Source: a virus
Direction: 5' to 3' (one strand)
DNA: 64,000 bases
Virus record (IMG/VR): IMGVR_UViG_3300033233_000006
Coordinates: 32,001 to 96,000 of that record
In this document: piece by piece, positions 52,028 through 61,720 of the stretch
Layout: every line of letters begins with the position of its first letter
Position numbering within the stretch: position 1 is the stretch's first letter
Made by a program: the position numbers and the translations under genes
Notes under the pieces: generated by a model
What the model was told of the DNA's origin: nothing
The model's database searches: none
What the model saw: only the letters and a program-made list of their open reading frames with translations

Positions 52028-53014
52028 ATGAGCGACATCACTCCCAGACTCGGTATCGGGGTGCCAAGCGAGTTCCAAGAGCCCTTCTTCGAGACGGCTC
52101 AGGGCTTCGAGCTTGCGGTCGACGCCGGCATCTTCGCCAACGCGGAGAACAGCCAGCTCATCTTCGAGTCGACCGGCATCGTCGGCTGGAACGCGACGAT
52201 GGCCGGACCGACCATCGGCGTTCTCTTCTGGGCGGCTGATGTCTTCATCACGCCGTCCACGACACCGTTCAAGGCCAAGCTCGCCGGCCCGGCATCCGTC
52301 GAACTCCAAGACGGCGAGGTGTTGTTCTTCGTCATGCCGCGGCTCATGTCCCAGGAGACGCCGATCCAGCTCTTCAAGAGCAATCGCATCTTCCTCCAGG
52401 GCACGCAGCTCATCGACCTACGGCTCTTCTGTGAGCGAGTCGGCACCACGCTCTACTTCTACGACAACAAGAGCCTCAAGACCGGCGACACCGGCTACCT
52501 CTGGGGCGGCGGCCTCAACAACGTCTCGGTCATTCCGCCTCACACTCACCTCGCTCCGCTCATCATCCAGCCGCCCGCCCCGGGCGTCTTCCTGCTCGAC
52601 GCGCTACTCACCACGCCCCTGCTCATCATGCTCCAGCTCTACCGGAACGGAATGCTCCAGGTCGAGCCGGACGACTACTCGCTCAATCCGGTGACGGGCA
52701 TCATCACGCTCGTCACCCCGACGCTCATCCCCAACGAGCGCTTCGTCATCTTGCGCGAGAAGCTCGACACGACCGTCATCACGACTACGCACTCGCATCT
52801 GATAGCGCTCAAGTACGCCCCGCTCCCCGGCACGACGACGCTCGACGCCCTCGTGACCACGCCGACGCTGCAAGGGCTCGATCTCTACAGAAACGGACTC
52901 TTGCAGGTCGAGCCCGACGACTACACCCTCAACCCGGCTACCGGGATCAGCACGCTCGTCATCGCGTCCCTTGCGGGCGAAATCTTCCAGCTGCTCAGGA
53001 GGATAAACGTCTAG
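52028..53014 (+). CDS. Baseplate/fibre-associated protein with two tandem C-terminal repeats
   Basis: HTHL...LYRNGMLQVEPDDYSLNPVTGI repeated as HSHL...LYRNGLLQVEPDDYTLNPATGI. Confidence 0.7.
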   Translation: MSDITPRLGIGVPSEFQEPFFETAQGFELAVDAGIFANAENSQLIFESTGIVGWNATMAGPTIGVLFWAADVFITPSTTPFKAKLAGPASVELQDGEVLFFVMPRLMSQETPIQLFKSNRIFLQGTQLIDLRLFCERVGTTLYFYDNKSLKTGDTGYLWGGGLNNVSVIPPHTHLAPLIIQPPAPGVFLLDALLTTPLLIMLQLYRNGMLQVEPDDYSLNPVTGIITLVTPTLIPNERFVILREKLDTTVITTTHSHLIALKYAPLPGTTTLDALVTTPTLQGLDLYRNGLLQVEPDDYTLNPATGISTLVIASLAGEIFQLLRRINV

Positions 53015-53953
53015 GTGAGCGGTTCGGCACTCGGCTTCGGCCACCAGCCCTTTGGGCACCCCCACGGCGGGAGCCCGTTCGCGCAGCACGACACGGGACC
53101 AGGTTCGCAGCCCTACCTGGTGAACGTCGGCTACGGGATCGGCGACTGGGCCGAGGAGGTTACGTGGCGCATCCTCCCGATGTGGATGCGCGATGAGGAC
53201 GGCACCCAAGGAGTCGTGCCCGAGCCGCTCCGCGGCTTTATCGACGCCGTCAAGCCGCTCCTCAACGAGCTGATCAAGAAGTGGCGGGCGTTCCCGTCGC
53301 TATGGGACGCCCAGGCGTGCCCGATCGACCAGCTTCCGGCGCTCGCCGCTACGCTCGGTCTCACGCTCGACCCGACGAAGCAGGAAGCCCTGCAACGGTC
53401 GGAGACGCTCAACGCGGCGCAGCTCTTCCTCCACAAAGGTGACAACACCGGCTACTCGATCCTCGCCGCCTTCGAGGATCTCCTGGTCCAGATCATCCCG
53501 CTCTGGGCGAGCGACTGCTCTCCGACGGCGACGCTCTCGCCCGACGAGATCATGCGGTTCATCCCGCATTTCGACGACGTGGGAGCCGACATGCTCCCGC
53601 TCGACTCGGTGTTCGACGACATCTACGCGAAGTGGCCGATCACGCTCTACTTCGACCAGCAGTGCCGATCGCACTCGCTCCGCCTCATCTTCTTCCCGTC
53701 GGCCAACCCGACGCAGGACTTCGACCCAGACACCGTGACGCGTCTCGTGGCGCGGCTCACGCAGTTCACGCCGATCCACGTCACGATCGACAGGATCACC
53801 TTCGACGGCCTTCGCGGGTCGTCCCAGGTGTGGATCGCGCCCATCCTGGCCGATGCCGGAGCGGCTGGCATGTGGATGGGTCCCGTGGCTGGCGAACAGC
53901 GGGCGAGCAGCCAGGTGTGGATCGGGCCAGTGAACGCGGTGCCAACACCGTGA
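53015..53953 (+). CDS. Baseplate wedge protein (tail protein I / gp7-like)
   Basis: LWDAQACPIDQLPALAATLG...LFLHKG...FTPIHV. Confidence 0.72.
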   Translation: MSGSALGFGHQPFGHPHGGSPFAQHDTGPGSQPYLVNVGYGIGDWAEEVTWRILPMWMRDEDGTQGVVPEPLRGFIDAVKPLLNELIKKWRAFPSLWDAQACPIDQLPALAATLGLTLDPTKQEALQRSETLNAAQLFLHKGDNTGYSILAAFEDLLVQIIPLWASDCSPTATLSPDEIMRFIPHFDDVGADMLPLDSVFDDIYAKWPITLYFDQQCRSHSLRLIFFPSANPTQDFDPDTVTRLVARLTQFTPIHVTIDRITFDGLRGSSQVWIAPILADAGAAGMWMGPVAGEQRASSQVWIGPVNAVPTP

Positions 53954-53970
53954 CGGCAGAGGAGTAACAC

Positions 53971-55389
53971 ATGGCGAAGGCGCTGGCTTTCAACCGCGCG
54001 ACGCAACAGGTCGAAACGGTCGACACCGTCAACAACGCCGTCACGGCGCTGGGCGGCGTCATCGCCACGGCTGAGCTGACCAACGCCTTTCCGGGGCGGT
54101 CGGAGAACCTCGGGGCGGTCTTCCTCGGGGAGTCCTACTTCCTCTACCGCGACAACACGAACGCGATCAAGCTCGCCAAGCTGATCGCTGGTGTCTGGAC
54201 GAACGTCGTCGGCTTCCCCGGTGTCGCGATTCCTACCGGCGCCGGGCAGCTCGCCCCGCTCGCGCTCATGGGCGACCGCCAGCGGCTCATCGCCATCGTG
54301 GGCCGAAGCGCATCAGCCGCGACCGACGGAAACGCCGTCCGCGTTTCGACGGACGGCGTGACGTGGACGGCTCCATTCGCCGACATCGCTACGCCGATCC
54401 AGCCGACGCCGTCGCAAGGTGGGAACTCGGTCCTCTGGCGCAACACGCTGTTTTTCGCGCACGCCGCCGGGATCTCGTGGACCTCGCCCACCGCTGCCAC
54501 GCAGGCGCCCGGGTACGACACCGGGAGCGATGGGCTCCTCGCTAACACATTCACGCCCTACGGGCACTTCGTCTTCTGGCGCGGCACCCTCTACTTCGTG
54601 AAGGCCGGGCCCGTTCCGGCGCTCTACTCGCTCGACCCGAACTGGAATCCCGCCACGCCAACCGCCGCGCCCGCGTGGACGCGCATCGTTGCGACGGGAA
54701 TCCCATCCGTCGTGGCTCTTACTCCTGGCCCCGATGTGGGCACACTCCTCGCCTTCGTCAACAAGGCGGGGAACTTCTGCATTGCCTACTCGGGCTCGGC
54801 TGGGTCGAAGCTCGTTCAGACGACATCGGCGTCGTTTCCAGCCTTCACGGACCTGACGACGACCGTGCTTCCCGTCGCGATCAACATGGCGGCCAACCTC
54901 GGGTTCTCGATCTTCGTCGACGATCGGCGTCGGGTGAACGAGTTGCAGTCGATCCTCATCCGCGACGTGCTCAACAACCAGATGATCCTCGCGACCTGGG
55001 ATGGCGCGGTGACCTTCACCATCCGCGCCACCTTTACCGGCATGCAGCTCATGCTCTCCGACGACCGCTTCGGCGAGCTGCGGACTTACACCGCGATCCA
55101 GCCCGCCGCTTTCATCACCGCCGAAACGCAGCCGTTCCCTGGCCGCGTCTCGATCGCCTACACCGTGCGAGACACGCTCTCGCGGAAGGTCGACACGTTC
55201 GGCGAGTACTCGGTCACTGGCGATTCGTGGTTGCCGATGACCGAGGGCAGCGGAGACGATGGCGGCGTGCAGCTCACGTCATCGCCAGCCGGCATCGCGC
55301 ACACGTTCTTCTGGGACGCGTTCGTGGATTTGGACGGGGATCTTCCGTTCGTGTTCACTCGAATCGTGGCTCGGCTCTCGGGGGTGTGA
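53971..55389 (+). CDS. Beta-rich virion protein (baseplate/fibre)
   Basis: RBS GAGGAG; Asp-box-like STDGVTW; C-terminal HTFFWDA. Confidence 0.7.
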   Translation: MAKALAFNRATQQVETVDTVNNAVTALGGVIATAELTNAFPGRSENLGAVFLGESYFLYRDNTNAIKLAKLIAGVWTNVVGFPGVAIPTGAGQLAPLALMGDRQRLIAIVGRSASAATDGNAVRVSTDGVTWTAPFADIATPIQPTPSQGGNSVLWRNTLFFAHAAGISWTSPTAATQAPGYDTGSDGLLANTFTPYGHFVFWRGTLYFVKAGPVPALYSLDPNWNPATPTAAPAWTRIVATGIPSVVALTPGPDVGTLLAFVNKAGNFCIAYSGSAGSKLVQTTSASFPAFTDLTTTVLPVAINMAANLGFSIFVDDRRRVNELQSILIRDVLNNQMILATWDGAVTFTIRATFTGMQLMLSDDRFGELRTYTAIQPAAFITAETQPFPGRVSIAYTVRDTLSRKVDTFGEYSVTGDSWLPMTEGSGDDGGVQLTSSPAGIAHTFFWDAFVDLDGDLPFVFTRIVARLSGV

Positions 55390-55391
55390 TC

Positions 55392-55580
55392 ATGGCAAGC
55401 TACGCCTTCATTCAGAAGAACGACGGCGGCGACGAGGTTACGCGTCTCTGCGCAACCGACGCCACACCGCCGCTCCGGCTTCTGTCTGGCGCAACCAAAG
55501 TCCCGGCGGCCATCGTGGTCGGGGACCTGATCAAGAACGGCAACTACGCGCTGCGCGTCGATGAAATCGTGATGGCGTAA
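55392..55580 (+). CDS. Small hypothetical protein
   Basis: Fills the gap between two genes; typical codons. Confidence 0.55.
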   Translation: MASYAFIQKNDGGDEVTRLCATDATPPLRLLSGATKVPAAIVVGDLIKNGNYALRVDEIVMA

Positions 55581-55592
55581 GGAGACAACGTC

Positions 55593-57023
55593 ATGGCAAA
55601 CATCAGTCCGTTTCTCGCACTGAACAGCCGCGGCGCGGCCACGCCCCAGCTCAAGCGATTCGTCAACGCCACCCCATCGTTCATCGGGGCCACTTTCGGC
55701 GTCATCGACACCGACGACGTGAGCTTGGACTTCGCGCGCGGCTACCCAGCTGTCATCAAGTTCGGCGGCTCGCAAACGTTCCTCGCCACGGTGGGTCTCG
55801 ACATCTACCGGAGCACGAACGGCGGTACGTCGTGGTCTTCCGTCAAGACCTTCACGGGCGCGCATCTCAACGCCGCCCGCTCGATCGGGAAGTCGGGGTT
55901 GTTCGTTCTACACGTCGCGGGCGTGGCGACGGCCTGCATCGTTACGGCTGGTGCGGCTGGCACCGCGGAGTACTACGCGCACACGTCCACCAACGGAACC
56001 TCGTGGACGACGCTCGGGCCGTTCGTCGCGCCCTTCGCCGATGTCTATGACCCGAGCGACTCCGTCGTGTGGGACGGGAAACTAGCAACCATCTGGACCC
56101 GACAGCCCAGCACCAGCACCATCTCGTCCCTCTTCGATCCGACGACCGGTACCATGACGTTCGCGACGTTCGGCACGTCCAGCGGCGGCAACGTTCAGCG
56201 AACATCCGCGCTGTGCGTCTACCAGAACCGGCTGTTCGGGCTCGCGCACGAACTCGGCGGTGCGTCCAACACCTACTTCCGAGAGCTGATCGCTGGTGTC
56301 TGGACGAACGTGGGAACGGCCCTGTTCGCGCCGTCGCTCACCGACTCGGCAAAGCACTGTCTGTTCGTGGACGGTGCGAATATGTACGCATTCACTCCGA
56401 ACGGAACGGGGTGGCGAGCGTGGAAATGGAACTCTGCGCTGACGCGCACGGAGATCACATCATCGGTGGTCCCGACCGCACTCGCTTCGGGACTCGGCAC
56501 AAGCCAGCGCATGTCGGTCATCGTGGACGAGCGTGGTGTTCCCGGCACTGCGCCGACCATCTGGCTCTACCAGTCGGTCGACGGCGCGTTGGCGAGCGCG
56601 CTCAACGAGTGGCAGTGGAACGGTGACACCTCGTTCATCGGAACCACGCCGGGGAGCGCCGGTTCGGGGCCGAACGACTCGGGCGGAAGCGCGCGCGACA
56701 ACCTCCCCTACGTCAAGCACGCGCAGGGCACAACCTACTGGACGAGCGGAGAGGACTTCGTCGAACTGAAGGGCATGGCTCCCGCTGTGGGCGGCGTCTC
56801 GGTGTCCTTCACGCTCTACTCCGACGCGGGTTCGGGTACTGGAAGTGTGCGTGCGTGGCACGGCTCGAACACGGCGGCCTATCCGCTCACCGCGGCTACG
56901 CTCACAGGCACCCTCACGGGGCTCACGAAGGACAACACGACCGTCTACACGATCACCTGGCAGGCCGCAACGGACGGCTATTCGTCGGGACAGCGGGCCA
57001 AGTTCGTGCTGGAGAAGTACTGA
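55593..57023 (+). CDS. Beta-propeller-like virion protein, distant paralogue of 53971-55389
   Basis: Asp-boxes STNGGTSW, STNGTSW; shared LIAGVWTNV and SVIVDER/SIFVDDR; RBS AAGGAG. Confidence 0.72.
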   Translation: MANISPFLALNSRGAATPQLKRFVNATPSFIGATFGVIDTDDVSLDFARGYPAVIKFGGSQTFLATVGLDIYRSTNGGTSWSSVKTFTGAHLNAARSIGKSGLFVLHVAGVATACIVTAGAAGTAEYYAHTSTNGTSWTTLGPFVAPFADVYDPSDSVVWDGKLATIWTRQPSTSTISSLFDPTTGTMTFATFGTSSGGNVQRTSALCVYQNRLFGLAHELGGASNTYFRELIAGVWTNVGTALFAPSLTDSAKHCLFVDGANMYAFTPNGTGWRAWKWNSALTRTEITSSVVPTALASGLGTSQRMSVIVDERGVPGTAPTIWLYQSVDGALASALNEWQWNGDTSFIGTTPGSAGSGPNDSGGSARDNLPYVKHAQGTTYWTSGEDFVELKGMAPAVGGVSVSFTLYSDAGSGTGSVRAWHGSNTAAYPLTAATLTGTLTGLTKDNTTVYTITWQAATDGYSSGQRAKFVLEKY

Positions 57024-57026
57024 TCC

Positions 57027-57632
57027 GTGACCCTCAGCGCGCAGGCTGAGCCGTTTGCGATTGACTCTCCGAGTGCGAGCAGCCTCGGCGCGCTCGGAGA
57101 GTTGACGCTCGACTTCGCGCTCAGCAACGCGCTTACGGCGCAGGCCGAGCCGTTTGTCGATTTTCCTGCGACCAACGCGCTGAGCGCCCAGGACGAGGAG
57201 ACGCTCGCTTTCCTGCCGCCGCAGAACGCTCTCACAGCTCAGTCCGAGCCGATGGTGGACTTCCCGGCGGCAAACGCGCTCGGCGCTCTCGACGAGTTCG
57301 CGCTCGACATCGCACGGGCCAACGCTCTCGGCGCGGTCAACGAATCGACGATCGACATGGCCCGAGCCAACGCGCTCTCGGCGGAGTTCGATGTCGAAGC
57401 GGTTCCGCCGCTGACCGGTGTCGGCGGTCCGCTCTGCGACCACATCGTCATGTACGCCCCGCTCATCTCGCCGCTCGATCCGAACGCGGTGAACCCGCCC
57501 GAGTCGGCGGTCCCGGTGCCACAGCGTCTTCCCTCCGTGGGGACCGGGCAAGGCGACCTGAGTCCTGGTACCTTTGGTACTGAGTTCCGCGGTCGAAGTG
57601 ACCCCGGCGCAGGGGCGGTGCAAGAGCCATGA
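57027..57632 (+). CDS. Acidic protein with about eight 16-aa repeats
   Basis: NAL[TSG]A..E...D repeats. Confidence 0.68.
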   Translation: MTLSAQAEPFAIDSPSASSLGALGELTLDFALSNALTAQAEPFVDFPATNALSAQDEETLAFLPPQNALTAQSEPMVDFPAANALGALDEFALDIARANALGAVNESTIDMARANALSAEFDVEAVPPLTGVGGPLCDHIVMYAPLISPLDPNAVNPPESAVPVPQRLPSVGTGQGDLSPGTFGTEFRGRSDPGAGAVQEP

Positions 57633-59560
57633 CCCTTCCGACGCTCGCCTTCGCGCCTACGCAGATCAAGCCGGTCTTCGGGGAGTCGTACGTCTCGGAG
57701 GCGGCGAACACGAAGTTCCTCGGACAACCGCGCGGCGTCTATCTCGGGTTTGTGCCGCAGGTTACGACAGGCTCGCGATTCCTCACACTGGCGGTCGACC
57801 CGGTCTACGGCGTCTCTCTCGCGCGCATGAAGTCCTCGCTCGAAGCGACGAACGTCGACGTGGTCTCGGACCAGGCGACCACACTCGACTTCACCGGGCA
57901 CAACTTCATCGCCGACCCGACCGTTTACGTGAAGGTTCACGCCAGCTCGAAGCTCGGGTCTCCGACGACGGCGGAGGTCTACACAACCGCCGTTCCGGGG
58001 TCGACGCCGACCGATCAACTGCTCTGCGTCGTTACGCTCGTTCTCGGCGAGCTGAGCGTGGCCTCCGATGCGCCGGCCAACCGAGCGACGCCCTACGCCT
58101 ACGCAACGGCACCGCTTGGCTACGGCTTCATGCGAGATGGCGCCGTCGAGCAGCTTCTTGCGTCGGTGGCGATGGTCGCCGAGGTGGCGGCGGCCCGAGT
58201 CGATCTCGACGGCGTCAACCACCCCTACGTGCCGATCCCGCAGCAAGGCATCGCTGACCGCATCGCCGCTGACCTTCTCCCCGCCGCCGTGGCGAGCCGC
58301 CTCGGACGCTCTCACTACATCGTCCGCAGCCAGGACTACTTCACCGCTGGTGCGGCGGACACTTTCCAGGTCTCCAGCTCGTTCGCCAAGGCGGCCAGGA
58401 CGCGCGCCCCGCTCATCACCATCCCACCCAACGCGTCCGAGCTGGCAAACGGCGCGATCACCGGTACGAACGACGCAACGAGGAATATCTGCTTCGTCTT
58501 TCAGGTGGGCAAGAACGAGCGTCCGACCGATGCCAACAGGTTCGTGGGCTATGGTCGCCTCGACGCGTTCGTGATGGTTCTCACCGGCGTGCCCACGTTC
58601 AGCAACGTGAGCACGCTGGTTACCGGCGTCGGGACACTCTTCACGTCGGAGATCCAGGCGGGCGACATCATCCTCGCACCCGACGGCGAGTTCTACGTCG
58701 TGAGCACGATCACAGACGACTTCAATCTCACGCTTACGACGATTCCGACCATCGGCGGTCCCGTCGTCTCGACTCGGCGCCGCTTCCAGCTTCGCGTCGT
58801 CGTGATCAACCCAACAACCGGAGTCGAGCAACCGCTCGCTCTGCCCGGCGGCACGACGTTCCGGTTCTTCTTCGGAGCCTTCTTCGACCTCACGCAGTCG
58901 ATCCACGACTCGACGCTCCTCATGTTCGAGGGCGGCGAGGAGCCGCCACTCCCCGACTCGGCTGTCGGGGTGAGGGGCAAGGCGCAGGTCAACCCACTCA
59001 TCACCTACCCCGCCTTGGTCGGAGCGGTCAGAGCGCTCGACAACGGCAACCCGGTCGGCACCGGACGCCTCGCCTACTCGCTGGGGTTCCACAGCCCTCC
59101 CGGCCAACCGGCCATCCCAGGCGCATCGCTCAACGTGACGCCCGGCATCGCCAACGTGACGGCAGCGGGCCAGGTGGGGCCGATCGGTCCTCCGGGACTC
59201 GGACCTGGGCCGACGGGACCGGTCGGACCAGCCGGGCTCGCATTCAACAGCTTCTCCACACTGTTCACGGCAAGTGCTGACTTCCTTGCGCCATTCGGCG
59301 GCTGGTCGCTCGGGCAGGTACTTACGCACGACGTGGTCTTCGCCGGTTCGATCAAGTACCTGCACGGCGGCATCTCCCTGTGGGCGATCGACGCTCCCTC
59401 GGCTGACAACAACGACAACTTCGACATCACGGCTGTTACGATCACCAACCCCGGGGGTCTCAACAACACAGGACGCATCCAACTTACGGTCCCGAACGAG
59501 ACGAGTACCAGCGGACCGCCGATCGGGACCTACGGCCTCTTCCTTAACGCGGCGGGCTAA
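57629..59560 (+). CDS. Tail fibre-like protein 1 with short collagen-like segment
   Basis: PRGVYLGFVP N-terminus; VTGVGTLFTSEIQAGD; GPIGPPG..GPTGPVGPAG. Confidence 0.75.
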   Translation: MTLPTLAFAPTQIKPVFGESYVSEAANTKFLGQPRGVYLGFVPQVTTGSRFLTLAVDPVYGVSLARMKSSLEATNVDVVSDQATTLDFTGHNFIADPTVYVKVHASSKLGSPTTAEVYTTAVPGSTPTDQLLCVVTLVLGELSVASDAPANRATPYAYATAPLGYGFMRDGAVEQLLASVAMVAEVAAARVDLDGVNHPYVPIPQQGIADRIAADLLPAAVASRLGRSHYIVRSQDYFTAGAADTFQVSSSFAKAARTRAPLITIPPNASELANGAITGTNDATRNICFVFQVGKNERPTDANRFVGYGRLDAFVMVLTGVPTFSNVSTLVTGVGTLFTSEIQAGDIILAPDGEFYVVSTITDDFNLTLTTIPTIGGPVVSTRRRFQLRVVVINPTTGVEQPLALPGGTTFRFFFGAFFDLTQSIHDSTLLMFEGGEEPPLPDSAVGVRGKAQVNPLITYPALVGAVRALDNGNPVGTGRLAYSLGFHSPPGQPAIPGASLNVTPGIANVTAAGQVGPIGPPGLGPGPTGPVGPAGLAFNSFSTLFTASADFLAPFGGWSLGQVLTHDVVFAGSIKYLHGGISLWAIDAPSADNNDNFDITAVTITNPGGLNNTGRIQLTVPNETSTSGPPIGTYGLFLNAAG

Positions 59561-59563
59561 GAC

Positions 59564-61720
59564 ATGGCGATCTTCCCCCAGCAGTACTTTACGAAGGACA
59601 ACGTGCTCGTGCGGACTGGTCCGCCCGAACTGCGGGAGAACTACGCCTCGGCGCCGGTCGCAGAGAAGTTCGCGGGCCCGCCGAAGGGCGTCTACCACGG
59701 CTTTACCCCAGTCGCCGTAGGCGCCGTGCTTAACCTGAACACCGACATCGGGGAGGGGCTCTCGCTTCTCAAGGTTCACTCGAATGTCGATCCGGCTGGG
59801 ATGGACATCATCGTCCCTGGCAATATCTCGATCGACTTCTCCACGGCGGCCAACCCCGACTTCCAACCGGACGGCGTCCAGGTGATCGCTCGCGCGTCCT
59901 ACACCAAGGGACAGCCGACTACGGCGATCATCGCGCCGCGGACGAAGACCACGACGGCTACGGTGGCAACGATTGGCGCTGTCCCGGCGCCGTTCGACCT
60001 CTCAACGCCACAGCTCGACCCGATCTTGCCGGGCACCATCTCGATCTCCGTAAACGTCTTCGGTTTCGGCCCCGCTGTCATTACCGATGACGGTGCCGGT
60101 AACCTGGTCGGTGCAACGGCGCTTCCCGGTGGCGGAACGGTCAGTTACGAAACCGGCAAGCTCACTGGAATCACCGCATCGCTCACCGCGCTCTCAGCCG
60201 TCGTTCTCGCCTATACCCGAGGCGTTGGTAAGGACGAGGTGCTCATCTGCGAGCTGACGAACGCGAGTACGAACGCTGCGATCGTCGTCGCCGCAGTTCC
60301 AGGTACGACGCGAGACACGCCGCTCGCGTTCCCCGCTGACGAGTTCGGCTTCATGTCGGCTGGCGCCGTCGAATCGCTCGCTGCGGCGGTCGACATCTTG
60401 AACGAGGTGATCGCCGCGCGCCTCGATCTTCAGGGCGTCACCCACCCCAACCTCAAGGAGCGCCTCGATGTGGATCTCGGGGCCCCAGCGATGGCGTTTC
60501 GGCTGGGTCGCGATCTTCGGCTGCTTCAAAGCAACGACTACTCGGCGCTGAGCGGGCAGAACGAGATCATCGTCTCAGGCTCGCTTACCGAGACCGGTCG
60601 CACCAACGCGCCCGTGCTCACACTGAACGGCGGCGGTTCGGAGACGGTCATCGGCGCAATCACCGATCCGCCCGACTCGTCGAGAAACGTCTGCTTCGTC
60701 GTCAACACACTCACCGGCGACCGAGTTCTCGCCGACGACACGAGTCGCGAGGTGGTCTTCGGACGGCTCAAGCAAGATGCCGACTTCCTTCTCGACGGGA
60801 CGCTCACCTTCACAAACGCCCTCACGTCCCTCAGCGGCGCTGGCTCCCACTTCGCCTCGCAGCTGAAAGTCGGAGACACGGTACTCGGCCCGGATGGGAA
60901 GTTCTACGAGATCGCCTCCGCCGCCAGCGACACGACGGCGACGCTCAAGGTCGCCTACCAGGGCGGCACAGCCAGCTCGGGCGGACTGATTCGACGGCGC
61001 TTCCGGCTTCGGTTCCGTAAGTTCGACGGCGGCTCAGAGGTAGATCACGCGCTGCTCACCTCGGTCGGGGTTCAGTTCTTCTTCCCGGCCTTCGTCACAC
61101 ACGCCCAGCCCAATTTCGACGGGTCAGTCGCGATGCACGCACCAGGAGACCGCCCGCCGGTACCGGACGCGACGACGGCGATCCCCGGCAAGGTCGCCCT
61201 CGCCAACGCAGGCTCGCCGTACATCGGGTCGATCAATCTCCAACTCGGGGGTGTCCCGGTCGCTGGTGGTCCGTACCACACGCTCAACTTCACCGGGTCA
61301 CCCGGGTCGCTGTCCGAGCTGAGCCCCGGCGTCATCGACGTAACCAACATCGGTGGGATCGGGCCGACCGGCCCGGGGTCGGGCTTCGGACCGCCTGGCG
61401 CTCCAGGCATCCCAGGTCCGAGTCTCACGCATATCACGACGTTCGCGCCCAAGGCGAGCGCCGACAGCCTCGCGACATCGCCGCCGACCAACGTGTCACA
61501 CACCGTCACCTTCGGCTACCAGGTTCGCTTCCTGAGTGGCGGACAGGCGCGCATCAAGGTTCCACCTCCGGGCGGACTCTTCTTCGCCGGGCACGACTTC
61601 TGTACGATTACGGACATCCGACTCGACTCAGCAACGGTCGGTACGATCACCGGCACGGGCGGTCCGGCGGCGGTGGCAGCGTCGGTGCTCCTTTACCTTG
61701 ACGCGGCAGGGACGGACTGA
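59564..61720 (+). CDS. Tail fibre-like protein 2
   Basis: PKGVYHGFTP; paralogous to neighbours; GPTGPG..GPPGAPGIPGP. Confidence 0.75.
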   Translation: MAIFPQQYFTKDNVLVRTGPPELRENYASAPVAEKFAGPPKGVYHGFTPVAVGAVLNLNTDIGEGLSLLKVHSNVDPAGMDIIVPGNISIDFSTAANPDFQPDGVQVIARASYTKGQPTTAIIAPRTKTTTATVATIGAVPAPFDLSTPQLDPILPGTISISVNVFGFGPAVITDDGAGNLVGATALPGGGTVSYETGKLTGITASLTALSAVVLAYTRGVGKDEVLICELTNASTNAAIVVAAVPGTTRDTPLAFPADEFGFMSAGAVESLAAAVDILNEVIAARLDLQGVTHPNLKERLDVDLGAPAMAFRLGRDLRLLQSNDYSALSGQNEIIVSGSLTETGRTNAPVLTLNGGGSETVIGAITDPPDSSRNVCFVVNTLTGDRVLADDTSREVVFGRLKQDADFLLDGTLTFTNALTSLSGAGSHFASQLKVGDTVLGPDGKFYEIASAASDTTATLKVAYQGGTASSGGLIRRRFRLRFRKFDGGSEVDHALLTSVGVQFFFPAFVTHAQPNFDGSVAMHAPGDRPPVPDATTAIPGKVALANAGSPYIGSINLQLGGVPVAGGPYHTLNFTGSPGSLSELSPGVIDVTNIGGIGPTGPGSGFGPPGAPGIPGPSLTHITTFAPKASADSLATSPPTNVSHTVTFGYQVRFLSGGQARIKVPPPGGLFFAGHDFCTITDIRLDSATVGTITGTGGPAAVAASVLLYLDAAGTD

